Of a stretch of DNA of 64,000 nt, positions 10,662 through 21,639 are shown piece after piece. The stretch's first letter is position 1. Each line of letters starts with the position of its first letter. The DNA is taken from NCBI GenBank assembly GCA_008369845.1, contig MRSU01003007.1:1-64000 (forward strand), given 5' to 3'. The notes beneath the pieces are model-generated. The model made no database searches. It saw only the letters and a program-made list of their open reading frames with translations, and was not told the DNA's origin. A program made the position numbers and the translations under genes. This DNA is from Trichomonas gallinae (Eukaryota).

Positions 10662-11876
10662 TCATTCATTCTTAGCATTAAATAAGTATAATGCAGCAGT
10701 GGAGACAACAGCAACAATTTCCTGGCGAGGATGGGCTTCACATACAGTAACTCTCTTGGAGAAATCACGTCCTGGATCCTGTGGCATCCTAGGCGTTCTT
10801 GCGGACACGGCTTTGTGTTTCTGTACTTGGTTTGTGCGCCAGTCCCAAGAAATGAAGTCTGCAGAATAATTTCCTGTAACAATCTTTCCGCTTGGTGTGA
10901 AGCATGTTCTGAAGATATCTTTTGTATACTCGTCGTTTGCGAGCCATTCCATCTGACCTGGGAACCATTGTACATCGCATTGAGCGGCTGGGGCCGAAGG
11001 ATTGCGAATATCCCAGACCTGAGCTTCTCCGAATGTGCGTGTGACGATGTTGACGCCATCGTTCGAGAATGCGACGCTTCCGACGTATTCGCAGCCAGAG
11101 ACGTATCTCTTCTTATTTGTGTGTTCTTTGATGTTGAATGTTAAGGACGGTGACAAGTCTTCAGCCTGCTGCCTCATATCGATGATCTTAGCATAGCCGG
11201 CGTCGTCTGCGAGGAGGATCGCTGATGGAAGTGTTGGAGTAACAGCGGACGCTGTGAGCTCTACATTCTGTTGAGGAACGCGGAAGAGGCTCACGGAGTC
11301 GACTGAGCGCTCCATATCCCATAGCTTTACGCATCCGACGTCTACCATTACAAATGATTTCTGGTCTGGTAGTGTCTGAATGTCGATTAAATATTCTGTA
11401 TGAATGTCGGTAAATGTTTTAACGTGCTCTGTCGTATACTTGATTTCAATCTGTCTTGCTGACGGAAGTCTGAAATTATCTGCAGAAAGTGAGGTGTCTA
11501 AAGGTCCCCATGTCGGCTTAGCCGCCTGGTTCATGCGCCACAATTTTGCTTCGTGGCTGTTGCATGTGAGGAGGAGAGGATTCAATGAATTTGTCTTTAC
11601 CCAGTTGAGTGAATTGATTTTTGGTTCTGCTAACTCGGATCTGAAGTAATCGAACTGGTTCTTGTGTGCGTGCACTTGGTTTACGAATGAGACAACTGTC
11701 TTTCCGTTTGAATTTCTCGGTGGCTGTAATTGAAAAATTACAACTCTGCCAGCTTGATCGCCAGAGGCAAGAAACTGGCCGTTTTGGCTGAACGCGAGTA
11801 CGGAAATTGTATCATCGGCCTTGAACTGTGTTAAAGCTACGTGATCACCGAATGACGCAAGAAGCTCCAAATTCAT
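10662..11876 (-). CDS. PP2A regulatory subunit B/B55-like WD40 protein
   Basis: DTISVLAFSQNGQFLASGDQAGRVVIFQ, FDYFRSELAEPKINSLNW and terminal AHPRQEIVAVVSTAALYLF match the B55 pattern; first ATG at 11876. Confidence 0.85.
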   Translation of the reverse strand: MNLELLASFGDHVALTQFKADDTISVLAFSQNGQFLASGDQAGRVVIFQLQPPRNSNGKTVVSFVNQVHAHKNQFDYFRSELAEPKINSLNWVKTNSLNPLLLTCNSHEAKLWRMNQAAKPTWGPLDTSLSADNFRLPSARQIEIKYTTEHVKTFTDIHTEYLIDIQTLPDQKSFVMVDVGCVKLWDMERSVDSVSLFRVPQQNVELTASAVTPTLPSAILLADDAGYAKIIDMRQQAEDLSPSLTFNIKEHTNKKRYVSGCEYVGSVAFSNDGVNIVTRTFGEAQVWDIRNPSAPAAQCDVQWFPGQMEWLANDEYTKDIFRTCFTPSGKIVTGNYSADFISWDWRTNQVQKHKAVSARTPRMPQDPGRDFSKRVTVCEAHPRQEIVAVVSTAALYLFNAKNE

Positions 11877-14103
11877 TAAAAAAAGCGGTTTCACACAAAG
11901 ATTTTTTTTTCGATTTACGGTTATTTTTTTTTAAATAGTTCGCTTATTTTATTTCGCCTTTGGGGTTTTCTATCAATGCACATTATAAATACAGCTATTT
12001 TTCCAGCTTTTACACATTTTTTGTTTATTTTTCCACTCTAACATACCAAATCCTTTTCTCAACCATCTATTTGACATCGCCTTTGTCAATATTTTTCAAT
12101 GTTAAAGCAAAAGACATGTTATCTTTAGATTTTGTTTTTGCTATTTGATATAATTAAGGGTCCGATCCGGCCAAATAGTGGCCTATCGTCGCGTTTTTAT
12201 TTTTCATTTTTTTTTGCAGCTATTTTGTTGTACAACAAAACACAAAAAAACTAGAAAAATACGACTTTGTTCCATTCGATTTATCTGATGTAGAGGATGA
12301 AATCTTTCAAAGATGAAGGCTTCAATTTTAAAATATAAATTTAGCTTGAAAATTATTTCAATTTATCTATAATTATATTGCTTTTTTGTACTATCTGTAA
12401 CCTATGAAATCATTTGGTAACAGAATTTTTGCAAATACTACTGTAATTATTAATGATTTCGAAATTATTTTGTTTTAGATTGCCTTGTCAATCACTCTGA
12501 CTAAAGGAATATACGTGTTTGGATTGATCTATATAAAATCCATCGATTGAATAAATGCATCCCTTATCAAAAATGTTCAAAAAATAAATAAGCAATTATA
12601 ATTCGCTATTTCGTTGAAATTTTTGTTTCTATGCATGACTATATTATAAATATTTAAACTAGAACTACAGTTAAATTAGAATAAAGAAATTTACATGTCA
12701 AAAATTGATTTACAATGTCAGGTAATTTATTTTTAATACCAGGAAAAGATTACATTATATGAATGCCAACCATATATTTGATAAGATCCGCATGAGAAAT
12801 CGACTTAAATCTCTGATTTTGGAAAAATCCTTTCAATTTGCGTCTGTAATTTTTTTGATTTTTAATAATAAATTCAGAGATAACTATGTATAATATTATC
12901 AAATATCAACTCAAAAATCGAAAATTTTGACTTTTCAGAAAAATTATCTCGAAATTTCGAAGTTTTAACGTGCATTTCCTACCCGATTTCTATATAAAAG
13001 GCGAATAAAATACAATGTGTATTTATCGTCATCTCAATTTTTCTGAGCTTATTATTTGGCAGGAGCCTTAAGCAAAAACTCATTATTAAGTAAAAACTCT
13101 ACTAATCCATTATTTCATCAACTATAATATAAATATTAACTAACAAGTCAATATATTATTTCGAGTTAACGACTGTCTCAGGATTCTATCATTATATTAG
13201 CTTCGACATAATAATGTTATTTATTTGATTTATTTCCAAATATTTTGTGAATTTAGATTTTGAAAAATAATAATCTCGTATAAAGATTCGAAATCGAGAG
13301 GAGAATATCTATCTGGACCAAGAATTTAGAGTCTTTAAGTGCTAAGGAATAAAAACCACTTCATTTGAGTTTTGCCAAGCTATTTCTGAAATCAACGATA
13401 AAATTCCCCTCAAACTATTTTAACACCAAATTTATCATATTTAATCCCTTTAATTTGTTTGGATCATTATTTTCAATTTATTTGCATAAACTTATTTGAT
13501 TTTCGAAAATATTTTTCGAATTATGTGTTTTCTCCAAGTCCTTTATTTAAAGTCCCTTTAACTAGATGTAAGCACGAAATTTCATTCAAAAATTCTTAAT
13601 TCTTAGCTGTTATTTCGATGATTTTAAATAAATAATCATTTCATTTTGATTTTTTATTTATAAAATATTTATCATATGAAGGATTAGCTCTAATTCAAGT
13701 GAAAAATTATCAATTCAGATTTTTTCATAGAGAAACACAGTTACAACTATCACACTCAACTATTAACAATCCATACAGTTTTATTAATTTACTGAAATTT
13801 GTCGGGGAAAGATTTTCAGAACAAATTTCACCCGGTAACAACCAATTCAATTGTTTTTTCTCGTAATATACATCTCTGAAGGCTTATTATGCATGTTGAT
13901 CTCGAAAACTGCAAATAATGAGCGATGACAACCATTCAATAGTTCCAAACACTTTCAAAAATGACTAAAACACCGTCAAACTCGATCAATTGCAATAATT
14001 CATCATATATTATTGTTACAAAAGCTATTTGCATTGTTAAATCATGATTAACCAAATTTGAGAGCGTTCCGATGCATCGGAGCAAAAAAATCATTTTTCA
14101 CGA

Positions 14104-14493
14104 ATGCTGGAAGACAACAAGTACGAGAAACTCCTTGGTAACTCATCCAACCAGTTCAATATATCAGTGTCATCTGTCCTTGGCTCAATGAACAATGGAA
14201 AGTATAGAGTGTATATTGGTTCCGCTAAGAATCCATACTACCACACAGTTGATTGTGGATCTGGTAAGAAGGTCAACTCCAAGCCAGTCTCATTCACATA
14301 TACAGACGCTGCTAAATCAAAAGTTGTTATCTCACTCTACAACAAGAAGTCTTTCTGGGGCAATGAACAGAAGATTGGTGAAACAGAAATCTTGATTTCA
14401 GACTTCGCAAGGAATCAAAACTTTAGAGAAATCAGTTTCGCTAACAATGGACCAAAAGTTATGATCCATGCTGAAAGATTAGAATCATACTAA
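14104..14493 (+). CDS. Small C2-domain-like protein (129 aa)
   Basis: VVISLYNKKSFWGNEQKIGETEILISDF resembles the C-terminal strands of a C2 domain; TCATTTT Inr at 14091; stop within TAAA. Confidence 0.55.
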   Translation: MLEDNKYEKLLGNSSNQFNISVSSVLGSMNNGKYRVYIGSAKNPYYHTVDCGSGKKVNSKPVSFTYTDAAKSKVVISLYNKKSFWGNEQKIGETEILISDFARNQNFREISFANNGPKVMIHAERLESY

Positions 14494-14964
14494 ATTACAC
14501 TTGTTTTTAAATAATGTTAATTCATAAGAATAAAGAATTTCTAATAGTATTAAATTTTTAATATTTTTTATTCCGGTTTTCATTCAGCAGATATCATTTC
14601 TTATATGATCATTTTCAAAGATTTGTCAATTTTTAATACTCATAACCAAAGGAACCGAGTTCCGATTTTTTCGATTTTAGTATCTAAAAGATATAGTAAT
14701 CTCTCATTAGAATTTGAATTTACACTGATATGAATATTTAATTTCTTAAGCAGAATTCAACCAGTTGATCGATAAATTTTTTAGATAAAAAATATTTCTT
14801 AGTGGAATGTAAAAATTATTGCATTGATATCAGTAAAATCGATGTTAACACATATGTCTTCAACCATGAGCTTCATTGATTAACAAATAATTGGAATAAT
14901 CAACGAATCATGATGACAAATGAATATTTGACATTATGACATGTAAAGTCATTTTTTTCTAACA

Positions 14965-15351
14965 ATGACTGAAGAAGTAGAAACTCTTAATGCTCCTACT
15001 TTTCCATCTACTCAGAAACTGGATATGAATTTACTGAATGATATATCGATGGGTTTGCAAAAAGGAGTTCAAGAAAAAATTAATTTTTTAGCGCAATTGA
15101 CGAAAGCACCGCGAAACCCTAATTTTAGATACAGTAACCTAGTAAATTGGTATGTGCAAGAATCTCTACCAATAAATCATAGTCAAAGACTTTTTAATTA
15201 TCGATCTTCTTCATCTTCATCTAAAACTTCCAAATATATTAGAAGCACACTCAACACATCGAGAAATGACGATGTTATACAGGATTTAAGGTCAGAATTA
15301 AAGAAAGCAGAAAAAGAAATCAAAGACTACAACGAGTTCATTGGCAACTAA
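14965..15351 (+). CDS. Hypothetical protein (128 aa)
   Basis: ATG preceded by TCATTTT Inr; stop within TAAA; short C-terminal coiled coil. Confidence 0.6.
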   Translation: MTEEVETLNAPTFPSTQKLDMNLLNDISMGLQKGVQEKINFLAQLTKAPRNPNFRYSNLVNWYVQESLPINHSQRLFNYRSSSSSSKTSKYIRSTLNTSRNDDVIQDLRSELKKAEKEIKDYNEFIGN

Positions 15352-15685
15352 AATTTACTCAATGATAGGCGTTATACGATATGTATGTTTAATTTAACAT
15401 TTGTTTATAAATAAATTTGTTTATATTAATTTCAAGTTTTTACTGCTGCAATTGTGATTTAACAATATATTTAATACATTTTAATAGCAATATTGAGTCT
15501 TATTTCTTTTTGTACTTGATTATATTAGATCAATCAAACTAAACCAAGAATTCAACTTTGTATCTTAAGTGTATGGTCATATTACATCTCGTAATCAAAG
15601 TTTCGCAAAATGCAAAAATATATTTTCCTTTTGATGAAACTTGTGCTTTGTTAATCCAAAATTTGCACTCTATTGATATCAAATA

Positions 15686-16069
15686 TTAGAATCTGGTTCG
15701 TGTAAAATTCTTTCCTTGCATATTTGGAAGATATGAACTTTCTTTTCGTATTTCGTCTTTAAATTCATCATATGTTTGCTGCAATGCTAGTAAATTATGT
15801 AGTTGACGGTCTAGCTGCTCATCTTGTTCTAATAATTTATCAAGATTTGGTTCTAGCTTATTGATAAGATCTGCCACTTTATCTTCACTTTCAATGAACA
15901 TACCACTCCATTGGTCCTTTAATTCGCTCAGTTTATTGGCTGCATCAAGAAATCTTTGTTCTTGCTCAGTAATTTCCATGTTTTGAAGCTCCCAGTATTC
16001 TGAGGCGATATCTTCATACCTAGCTCTCATATCTCTTGCTCCTGAATTCCTGAATGCCATCCAAGACAT
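15686..16069 (-). CDS. Hypothetical coiled-coil protein (127 aa)
   Basis: Clean ORF with heptad E/Q/L-rich composition and AT-rich flanks. Confidence 0.6.
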   Translation of the reverse strand: MSWMAFRNSGARDMRARYEDIASEYWELQNMEITEQEQRFLDAANKLSELKDQWSGMFIESEDKVADLINKLEPNLDKLLEQDEQLDRQLHNLLALQQTYDEFKDEIRKESSYLPNMQGKNFTRTRF

Positions 16070-16591
16070 TTTTTTCTCTTCGAAAAAATTTACTGGACGT
16101 TTATTAATTTTTTTCTCTTTTCATTTTAATATAGATTATATCATAAAAATAATAGAAACTCACTTTTTACCTAACAACATTTCTTCGAAAACGAAATTTT
16201 AAAATCAAAATCAATATTTTTTCATATATCATGCATGGGATCATCAATAATAGTCTTACCATAGGAATAATATTGTAAGGAAATGATAATTAAATGGTGA
16301 AATTGAATTTTGAATTTTGATATAAAACATTTTTGATATATAATGCAAAATATCATAACTAATCGGTTAATCTCACAGATAAAACGCTATATTAAAGCTA
16401 ATGAATTAAGAAAATGATGTTTGATAAATTTTATAATATTTTTGTTATTTTATGAATAATTTTTAGTGCCATTATCTAAAATACACAACAAAAAACAAAG
16501 AATAGGTAAAAAAGTGTAGAAATTGTATTTTAGAAGTTTTATACAAAATATTTTTGAAACAAAGTCATTTTTTACATATCTATACTAATAA

Positions 16592-17419
16592 TTACTCAGC
16601 TGGATCAAATTTCCATTTCATAATATGATTATGGACGTGTTCGTATGTTTCATCTGCATTTGCAAGATGAGGGAAGAAACCTCCCTTTTCGATCTTTGTG
16701 ACTGTTGCGTTAGGGATGGCGTGGTTTGGACGGTCATTGCTGTCAAGCTTGAAAGCCCAATCTGTTGCCTGCAAAATCAAAATCTTTTCTCCATCAGCTG
16801 GAATTGGAGCTTTTTGCAAGTTCTGCCTGCATTTGATACGTGCTTTGACTACATCTGAGCTGATATTGTTAAGATTTGCAATAACGAATTCTACAGATGA
16901 TTTCAAATGCGGTGGAATGGCTTTGAGCGCTAATTCGTTAACTAGGTCGCTGCGGGAGCCTGGTGAGAAGAAGTTGATTGTTCTCTTGTACTTTGTTGAG
17001 AGAACGAAGCTGTTTATAAGAGTAATTGAAGCAATTTCGCAACTTATGAATTTTGAGTTGTATAAAAAGAGCAAAACGAATCCACCAAAGTCAACACCAA
17101 TTATATGTGCTTTGAAGATGTGTTTTGTGGATGTAATGGCATCAAAGCCAGACATAACTTCATTAATCGTATCGTAGTTAGGAATTGGCAAAATAAGCAC
17201 TTTATATCCATCATTTATGAGCTTTGTAGCAATTTTATAGGATGTATTTGCGTTTTCGTAGATTCCAGGGATGATGATAACAGTTTCTTTAGAGTCGTTA
17301 GCGACAGACTGCCTGTATTCCCACGTCCTTCCATTGATGGATTCAGTGTATGTCGTCAATGGCGCTTGAACAGAAAAATTAATGAATTCTTCAGATGAAA
17401 GACTATATTCTTCACTCAT
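16592..17419 (-). CDS. Maspardin (SPG21)-like alpha/beta-hydrolase-fold protein
   Basis: IIIPG, GYKVL, HIIGVDFGGF, SITLINSF and KGGFFPHLANADETYEHVHNHI follow the maspardin pattern. Confidence 0.7.
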   Translation of the reverse strand: MSEEYSLSSEEFINFSVQAPLTTYTESINGRTWEYRQSVANDSKETVIIIPGIYENANTSYKIATKLINDGYKVLILPIPNYDTINEVMSGFDAITSTKHIFKAHIIGVDFGGFVLLFLYNSKFISCEIASITLINSFVLSTKYKRTINFFSPGSRSDLVNELALKAIPPHLKSSVEFVIANLNNISSDVVKARIKCRQNLQKAPIPADGEKILILQATDWAFKLDSNDRPNHAIPNATVTKIEKGGFFPHLANADETYEHVHNHIMKWKFDPAE

Positions 17420-17439
17420 AAAGAAATTAATTAACCTTC

Positions 17440-17600
17440 TGACACATAAAATTGATTTTGACGAATAAATAACTCAATATTCAATATTTGACAAATAAAT
17501 CACTTTTTTCGACACGTAAATAATATTTGACAAATAAAGTTAATTATTGACATATAAAATGTTTTTTGACAAGTAAAAAGTAATATTTTTGACATTCATA
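17440..17600. promoter_or_regulatory. Phased array of ~8 (T)GACANNTAAA-like motifs upstream of the maspardin-like gene
   Basis: Copies start at 17440, 17459, 17489, 17510, 17528, 17548, 17567 and 17590 (last one degenerate). Confidence 0.55.
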
Positions 17601-17830
17601 GTTTCATGTTATATATTGGTTTTCAACCATTAAACACATAATTATATCATTTTAAATCACTTGACATATCTGTAGTTTGATTTTTATAGCTTGATACTGT
17701 TTATATTTTGAATTTTTGATATTTTATTAATTGAAATAATATTTTTCATATATTTTGACAAAACATGAGCTAATATAAAGGATGAAAGGTATAATAGCGT
17801 CTAACAATAAATATTTATAATTACAAAATT

Positions 17831-20254
17831 TCAAAAAACTATATAATTTGGTTCAGGATTGATTTGATGTGTTAATTCCAGATCAGCCTTGATTTTCTCC
17901 ATGATGTCAGTTGTTTCTATCATTTCCAGCATCGTTTTAGAGAAAATCGTTTGACTCATGTTTTTCTCTGTGCTTTCACCGATTGCTGGGAGTCTGACGT
18001 CGCCAATATCGGCCACACAGTAGAATTTTCCGTCGTGGTTGTAAATGGTAAAGGTTGGAATTAAATGGAAATTCGTCTGCATCACGTGAATCAATTTGAC
18101 TTTCGCAGGCAGTGTTGGATCATCGGAATCTATCATCCACTCTGGGTTGATGATGTTTTGTATGACAAAGTTAACAGCTCTCGCTAATCCGAAAGTTCCA
18201 GATATCGCAGCAGTCGTAGACTCGAAAATGTCACCTAAAACCTTTGTAATAGGGAAGTCTGGGTTGTCAATATCGTTTATTGTGATGCTGTCGATGTTTA
18301 ATTCTTGTTTTGCGTAAAGCAATCTGTGAAGTTCCATTTTGAACGCAGATCTGCCTAAAATATCGTTACTCTTGAGATATGCTGATGCTATAGACATACC
18401 AGATTCCGCAGCATTTGGAAAAGCAGCGAATTGCGATGAAATAATTGCGAATTTAACAATAATATCGCCAACGAACTCCAATCTTTCGTAATTATACAGT
18501 CCAGCAGATGAATGAGTGAGAGCAACAGTGAACGGAGTTACCTGATTATGGTTAATGTCCATTCTTATGGCTTTTGAGATATCAAATGCATTTAATGGTT
18601 TTACTGAGAGTCTTTTTGGAAGATCAAGTGTAAGAATGTCATTTACATCAGTAGCTATGATGTAATCAAGGGCAGTTTTCGTCAAAGGATGAGAAATTGC
18701 TTGAATAATTTCATCTCGATCTTCTTCAATGACTTTTTTGAAGATAGTCACAGCAGAAAACAGGTCTGAGTCGAGATAAATTGCACCAAACAAAGCTTCA
18801 AATAAATCTGCCGAACCTTTTTTGCCGAATTCGTAATTTGTAATCGAATTCGTCTCAATTAGGTCTTTAATTCCTAACCTTTCAGATATAATGGTGAAAA
18901 GGTTGTTCTTACAAAGGGCAACTTTCAAATCTGACATGATTCCTTCATTTGCATCAGAACAACTGTTGTAAATTGCAAAACCAAACAGTAAATCAAGGAC
19001 AGCATCACCTAAATATTCCAGTCTTTGGTAGTTATGGACAAATTGCGAGCTTCTAAAATTAAATGTTGGATCAAGCAATAATTGTGAAACAATATTCCAG
19101 TTCTTGAACTTGTAATCGATAGTGTTGCGGAAATGGCGAATTGCGTTCTTGACTTTGTTGCTAAACGCGATATCACCAGATTTAATTGGTTTTATTTGCT
19201 CTAATAAACGATTATAGTATTGCATAGTCGACTGCACTGTCCTTGGAATGAAATAATAGAAGCAGAGCTCAATTGGTAAAAAGTTTTCTTTTTCATCGAT
19301 ATCATCAACGAAATCTTCCGGAATTCTTGCCAATATGTCATTAATACACGACAATTTCATATTTCTGATGTAATCCAGGTTCATTTGGAAAAGATTATAA
19401 TGTTCTGGATAATTTGTTAAGGAATCCATCAATTCTTCCGCGGTTCCGAATTCTGTTCTTGGAGGAATAACGTGAATAAATGGAAGAATTGAATCTAAAT
19501 CAGTTACTTTGCTTTTCTTTGCAAAAAATTCTTTGTATGAAATTTTTCTTGAAGGAATAATCGAATCAATGGATTTATTGAATATAGCTCTCTTTATTAC
19601 TCTGTATTCTGTTCCTTTATGGCTTGTTACTGCAAAGTTTTCGATTAAATTATACATAAATTTCGTTCCAAAGAAGATAGCAACATTTAAATGTGCATCT
19701 TCAGTGTATTTTTCGTTTGCTTGCGTATTTTCGATGAATTCACTAACAGGAACTTCGAGTTTTTGAATATATGCGAAAAATCTATCGATAGCGGCGCCAT
19801 TTTCATGCATATAATTCATTAAATCCTTGCCTTTTGATGCTTTGTTCATCTTCATGGCAAGATTAGTGTAAGAATCGCTTAATAAAATTTGATTAATAAA
19901 AGTTTTGCACCAATCGAGCGTATTTTCGAATATATTTGGATTAGGACCAAGAAACTGAGGTAATATAAGAATGTTAGCAGTTTGAAAATCGTGTAGATTA
20001 AATCTATAGACAATTGAATTGCAAAGTGTTTGAAATACTTGCGAAAATATGTCGAATTCTTCTTCCTTTATTTCTATTTGCATAGGATTTGATATATGAA
20101 TGCGATATTTGTTCAGTGAAAGAAAATCTTGAAATACTCGAATTTCTCGTGATATTATCATGAATTCACCATTGTGGTACATTCCTTCTGGATCTTTTAC
20201 AATAGGAATCGGAATCCTAGGAATTATTTTCGAGTAATAAATGAAAATCTTCAT
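17831..20254 (-). CDS. Dicer-like protein: PAZ-like region, tandem RNase III domains and C-terminal dsRBD-like domain (807 aa)
   Basis: NYQRLEYLGDAVL...SADLFEALFGAIYLDS and NYERLEFVGDIIV...LGDIFES signatures; SYKEFFAKK and FLPIELC PAZ-like motifs; ATG at 20254 after a TCATTTT Inr. Confidence 0.9.
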   Translation of the reverse strand: MKIFIYYSKIIPRIPIPIVKDPEGMYHNGEFMIISREIRVFQDFLSLNKYRIHISNPMQIEIKEEEFDIFSQVFQTLCNSIVYRFNLHDFQTANILILPQFLGPNPNIFENTLDWCKTFINQILLSDSYTNLAMKMNKASKGKDLMNYMHENGAAIDRFFAYIQKLEVPVSEFIENTQANEKYTEDAHLNVAIFFGTKFMYNLIENFAVTSHKGTEYRVIKRAIFNKSIDSIIPSRKISYKEFFAKKSKVTDLDSILPFIHVIPPRTEFGTAEELMDSLTNYPEHYNLFQMNLDYIRNMKLSCINDILARIPEDFVDDIDEKENFLPIELCFYYFIPRTVQSTMQYYNRLLEQIKPIKSGDIAFSNKVKNAIRHFRNTIDYKFKNWNIVSQLLLDPTFNFRSSQFVHNYQRLEYLGDAVLDLLFGFAIYNSCSDANEGIMSDLKVALCKNNLFTIISERLGIKDLIETNSITNYEFGKKGSADLFEALFGAIYLDSDLFSAVTIFKKVIEEDRDEIIQAISHPLTKTALDYIIATDVNDILTLDLPKRLSVKPLNAFDISKAIRMDINHNQVTPFTVALTHSSAGLYNYERLEFVGDIIVKFAIISSQFAAFPNAAESGMSIASAYLKSNDILGRSAFKMELHRLLYAKQELNIDSITINDIDNPDFPITKVLGDIFESTTAAISGTFGLARAVNFVIQNIINPEWMIDSDDPTLPAKVKLIHVMQTNFHLIPTFTIYNHDGKFYCVADIGDVRLPAIGESTEKNMSQTIFSKTMLEMIETTDIMEKIKADLELTHQINPEPNYIVF

Positions 20255-20965
20255 GAAACAAAAAAATGATTTTTTCAACGAGTTGATTTTATTGCATAAA
20301 ACGATCCATCTCCATCATTTCTAATGAGTTTATTACAAATTTTCCCTCAATCTTTCTTTTTTAGTAAAAAATCAATCGACTTCAAATAAATTGCAATTTA
20401 CTAAGAGAGTCATAATATCTGTGTGTATGTTTTCACTTTTATCATATAATTATAGGTTATTCTCGTTAAATAATAAAAAAAAATATTTAATTGTTCTGGA
20501 CAAAGAGATTTATGAGTAGAATAGTATTATATGATAGAATAGTTTCACTTTTTGAAAAATAACAATGGCTTAAATCTAAATCTTAATTTTATTTTGTATT
20601 ATTGAAATAGTTTATGATATATTTAAAGAATTATACTCAACTTCTAAAGTATAACAATATCCATTAATTACATATCACTACAACGAGTTTTTTAATAATC
20701 TATCTCAAATAATAATAAAAAAATTAATAAAAATGTTGTATTTTTCTTCCTTTGGCTTTATCATTCAAAATAGTTTAAACGTTACAACACATTTTTGATA
20801 AAAAATATTAACACCTAGATCATAGAAATGTAAAATAACACAATAAGAACTCTCAAAAAATCGATATTTTTTTTCAAGTAAATTATAGCTCAATTTTTAC
20901 CTATGATAAGCTCAATTCTATAGACAATAAACAAGCTAAATATCATAATAAAAAGTCACAATATC

Positions 20966-21397
20966 GAAAATCGTTCTAATGATCAAAAATACATTTTTGT
21001 TCATAAATCCAATTATATATGATATATAAACTAAAAATCACAGTAAAAAGGCTCAAATATAAATGATAATTTTCTCCAAAAATCGTTCTAATGATAATCC
21101 TCAATTTTGAACCAAAAATACCATTATATATATGATAGGTAAGCTAGAATTCATAGTAATAACCTCCAAAATAAATGATATTTCTCTTCAAAAATCGTTC
21201 ATATGATAAAACATATTTTTGATCAAAAATTCCAATTATATATATGATAGGTAACCCAAAAATCACAGTAAAAAGGCGCAAAAATCAATGGTATTTTTCA
21301 AGAAAAATCATTCTAATGATAAAATACATTTTTGATCAAAAAATCCAATTATATATATGATAGGTAATCCAAAAATCACAGTAAAAAGGCGCAAAAA
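20966..21397. repeat. Four tandem copies of a ~112-bp AT-rich unit
   Basis: AAAATCRTTCTAATGAT-like anchor recurs at ~20967, 21079, 21191 and 21304; shared CCAATTATATATATGATAGGTAA and AAAATCACAGTAAAAAGGCGCAAAAAT blocks. Confidence 0.9.
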
Positions 21398-21432
21398 TGT
21401 CCAGACAGAGCTCAAAAATTTGAAGAGAAAAA

Positions 21433-21440
21433 TGCGGTTT
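21433..21440 (+). promoter_or_regulatory. M3-like (Myb-type) core promoter element TGCGGTTT
   Basis: Lies 26-33 nt upstream of the rpS29 ATG; the same TGCGGTTT is at 9602-9609 upstream of the Rab ATG; resembles the trichomonad M3 motif. Confidence 0.5.
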
Positions 21441-21465
21441 TGGTCTTCGTCCGGTCTTTTTAGCA

Positions 21466-21639
21466 ATGCCAGTCGACTTCGTTCCAAAGCACCCACGCGA
21501 TAATGCCAAGGGCTCCGCTGAGCGCTCCTGCCGTATCTGTGGCAAGCGCCGCGGTGTCATCCGTCAATACCGTCTTAACATCTGCCGCAGGTGCTTCCGC
21601 GAGCGCGCTGAGCTCCTCGGCTTCAAGAAGTATGATTAA
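21466..21639 (+). CDS. RPS29: 40S ribosomal protein S29 (uS14), 57 aa; absent from the supplied ORF track
   Basis: MPVDFVPKHPRDNAKGSAERSCRICGKRRGVIRQYRLNICRRCFRERAELLGFKKYD with CxxC...CRxCFRE zinc motif; strong GC3 codon bias. Confidence 0.97.
   Translation: MPVDFVPKHPRDNAKGSAERSCRICGKRRGVIRQYRLNICRRCFRERAELLGFKKYD

Noticed and set aside
20966..21397. CRISPR-like array next to an RNase III gene
   Set aside because: Units are contiguous tandem copies with no unique spacers, there are no cas genes, and the context is eukaryotic
21308..21560. Minus-strand ORFs of 62 and 74 aa
   Set aside because: They overlap rpS29 and the tandem repeat; spurious
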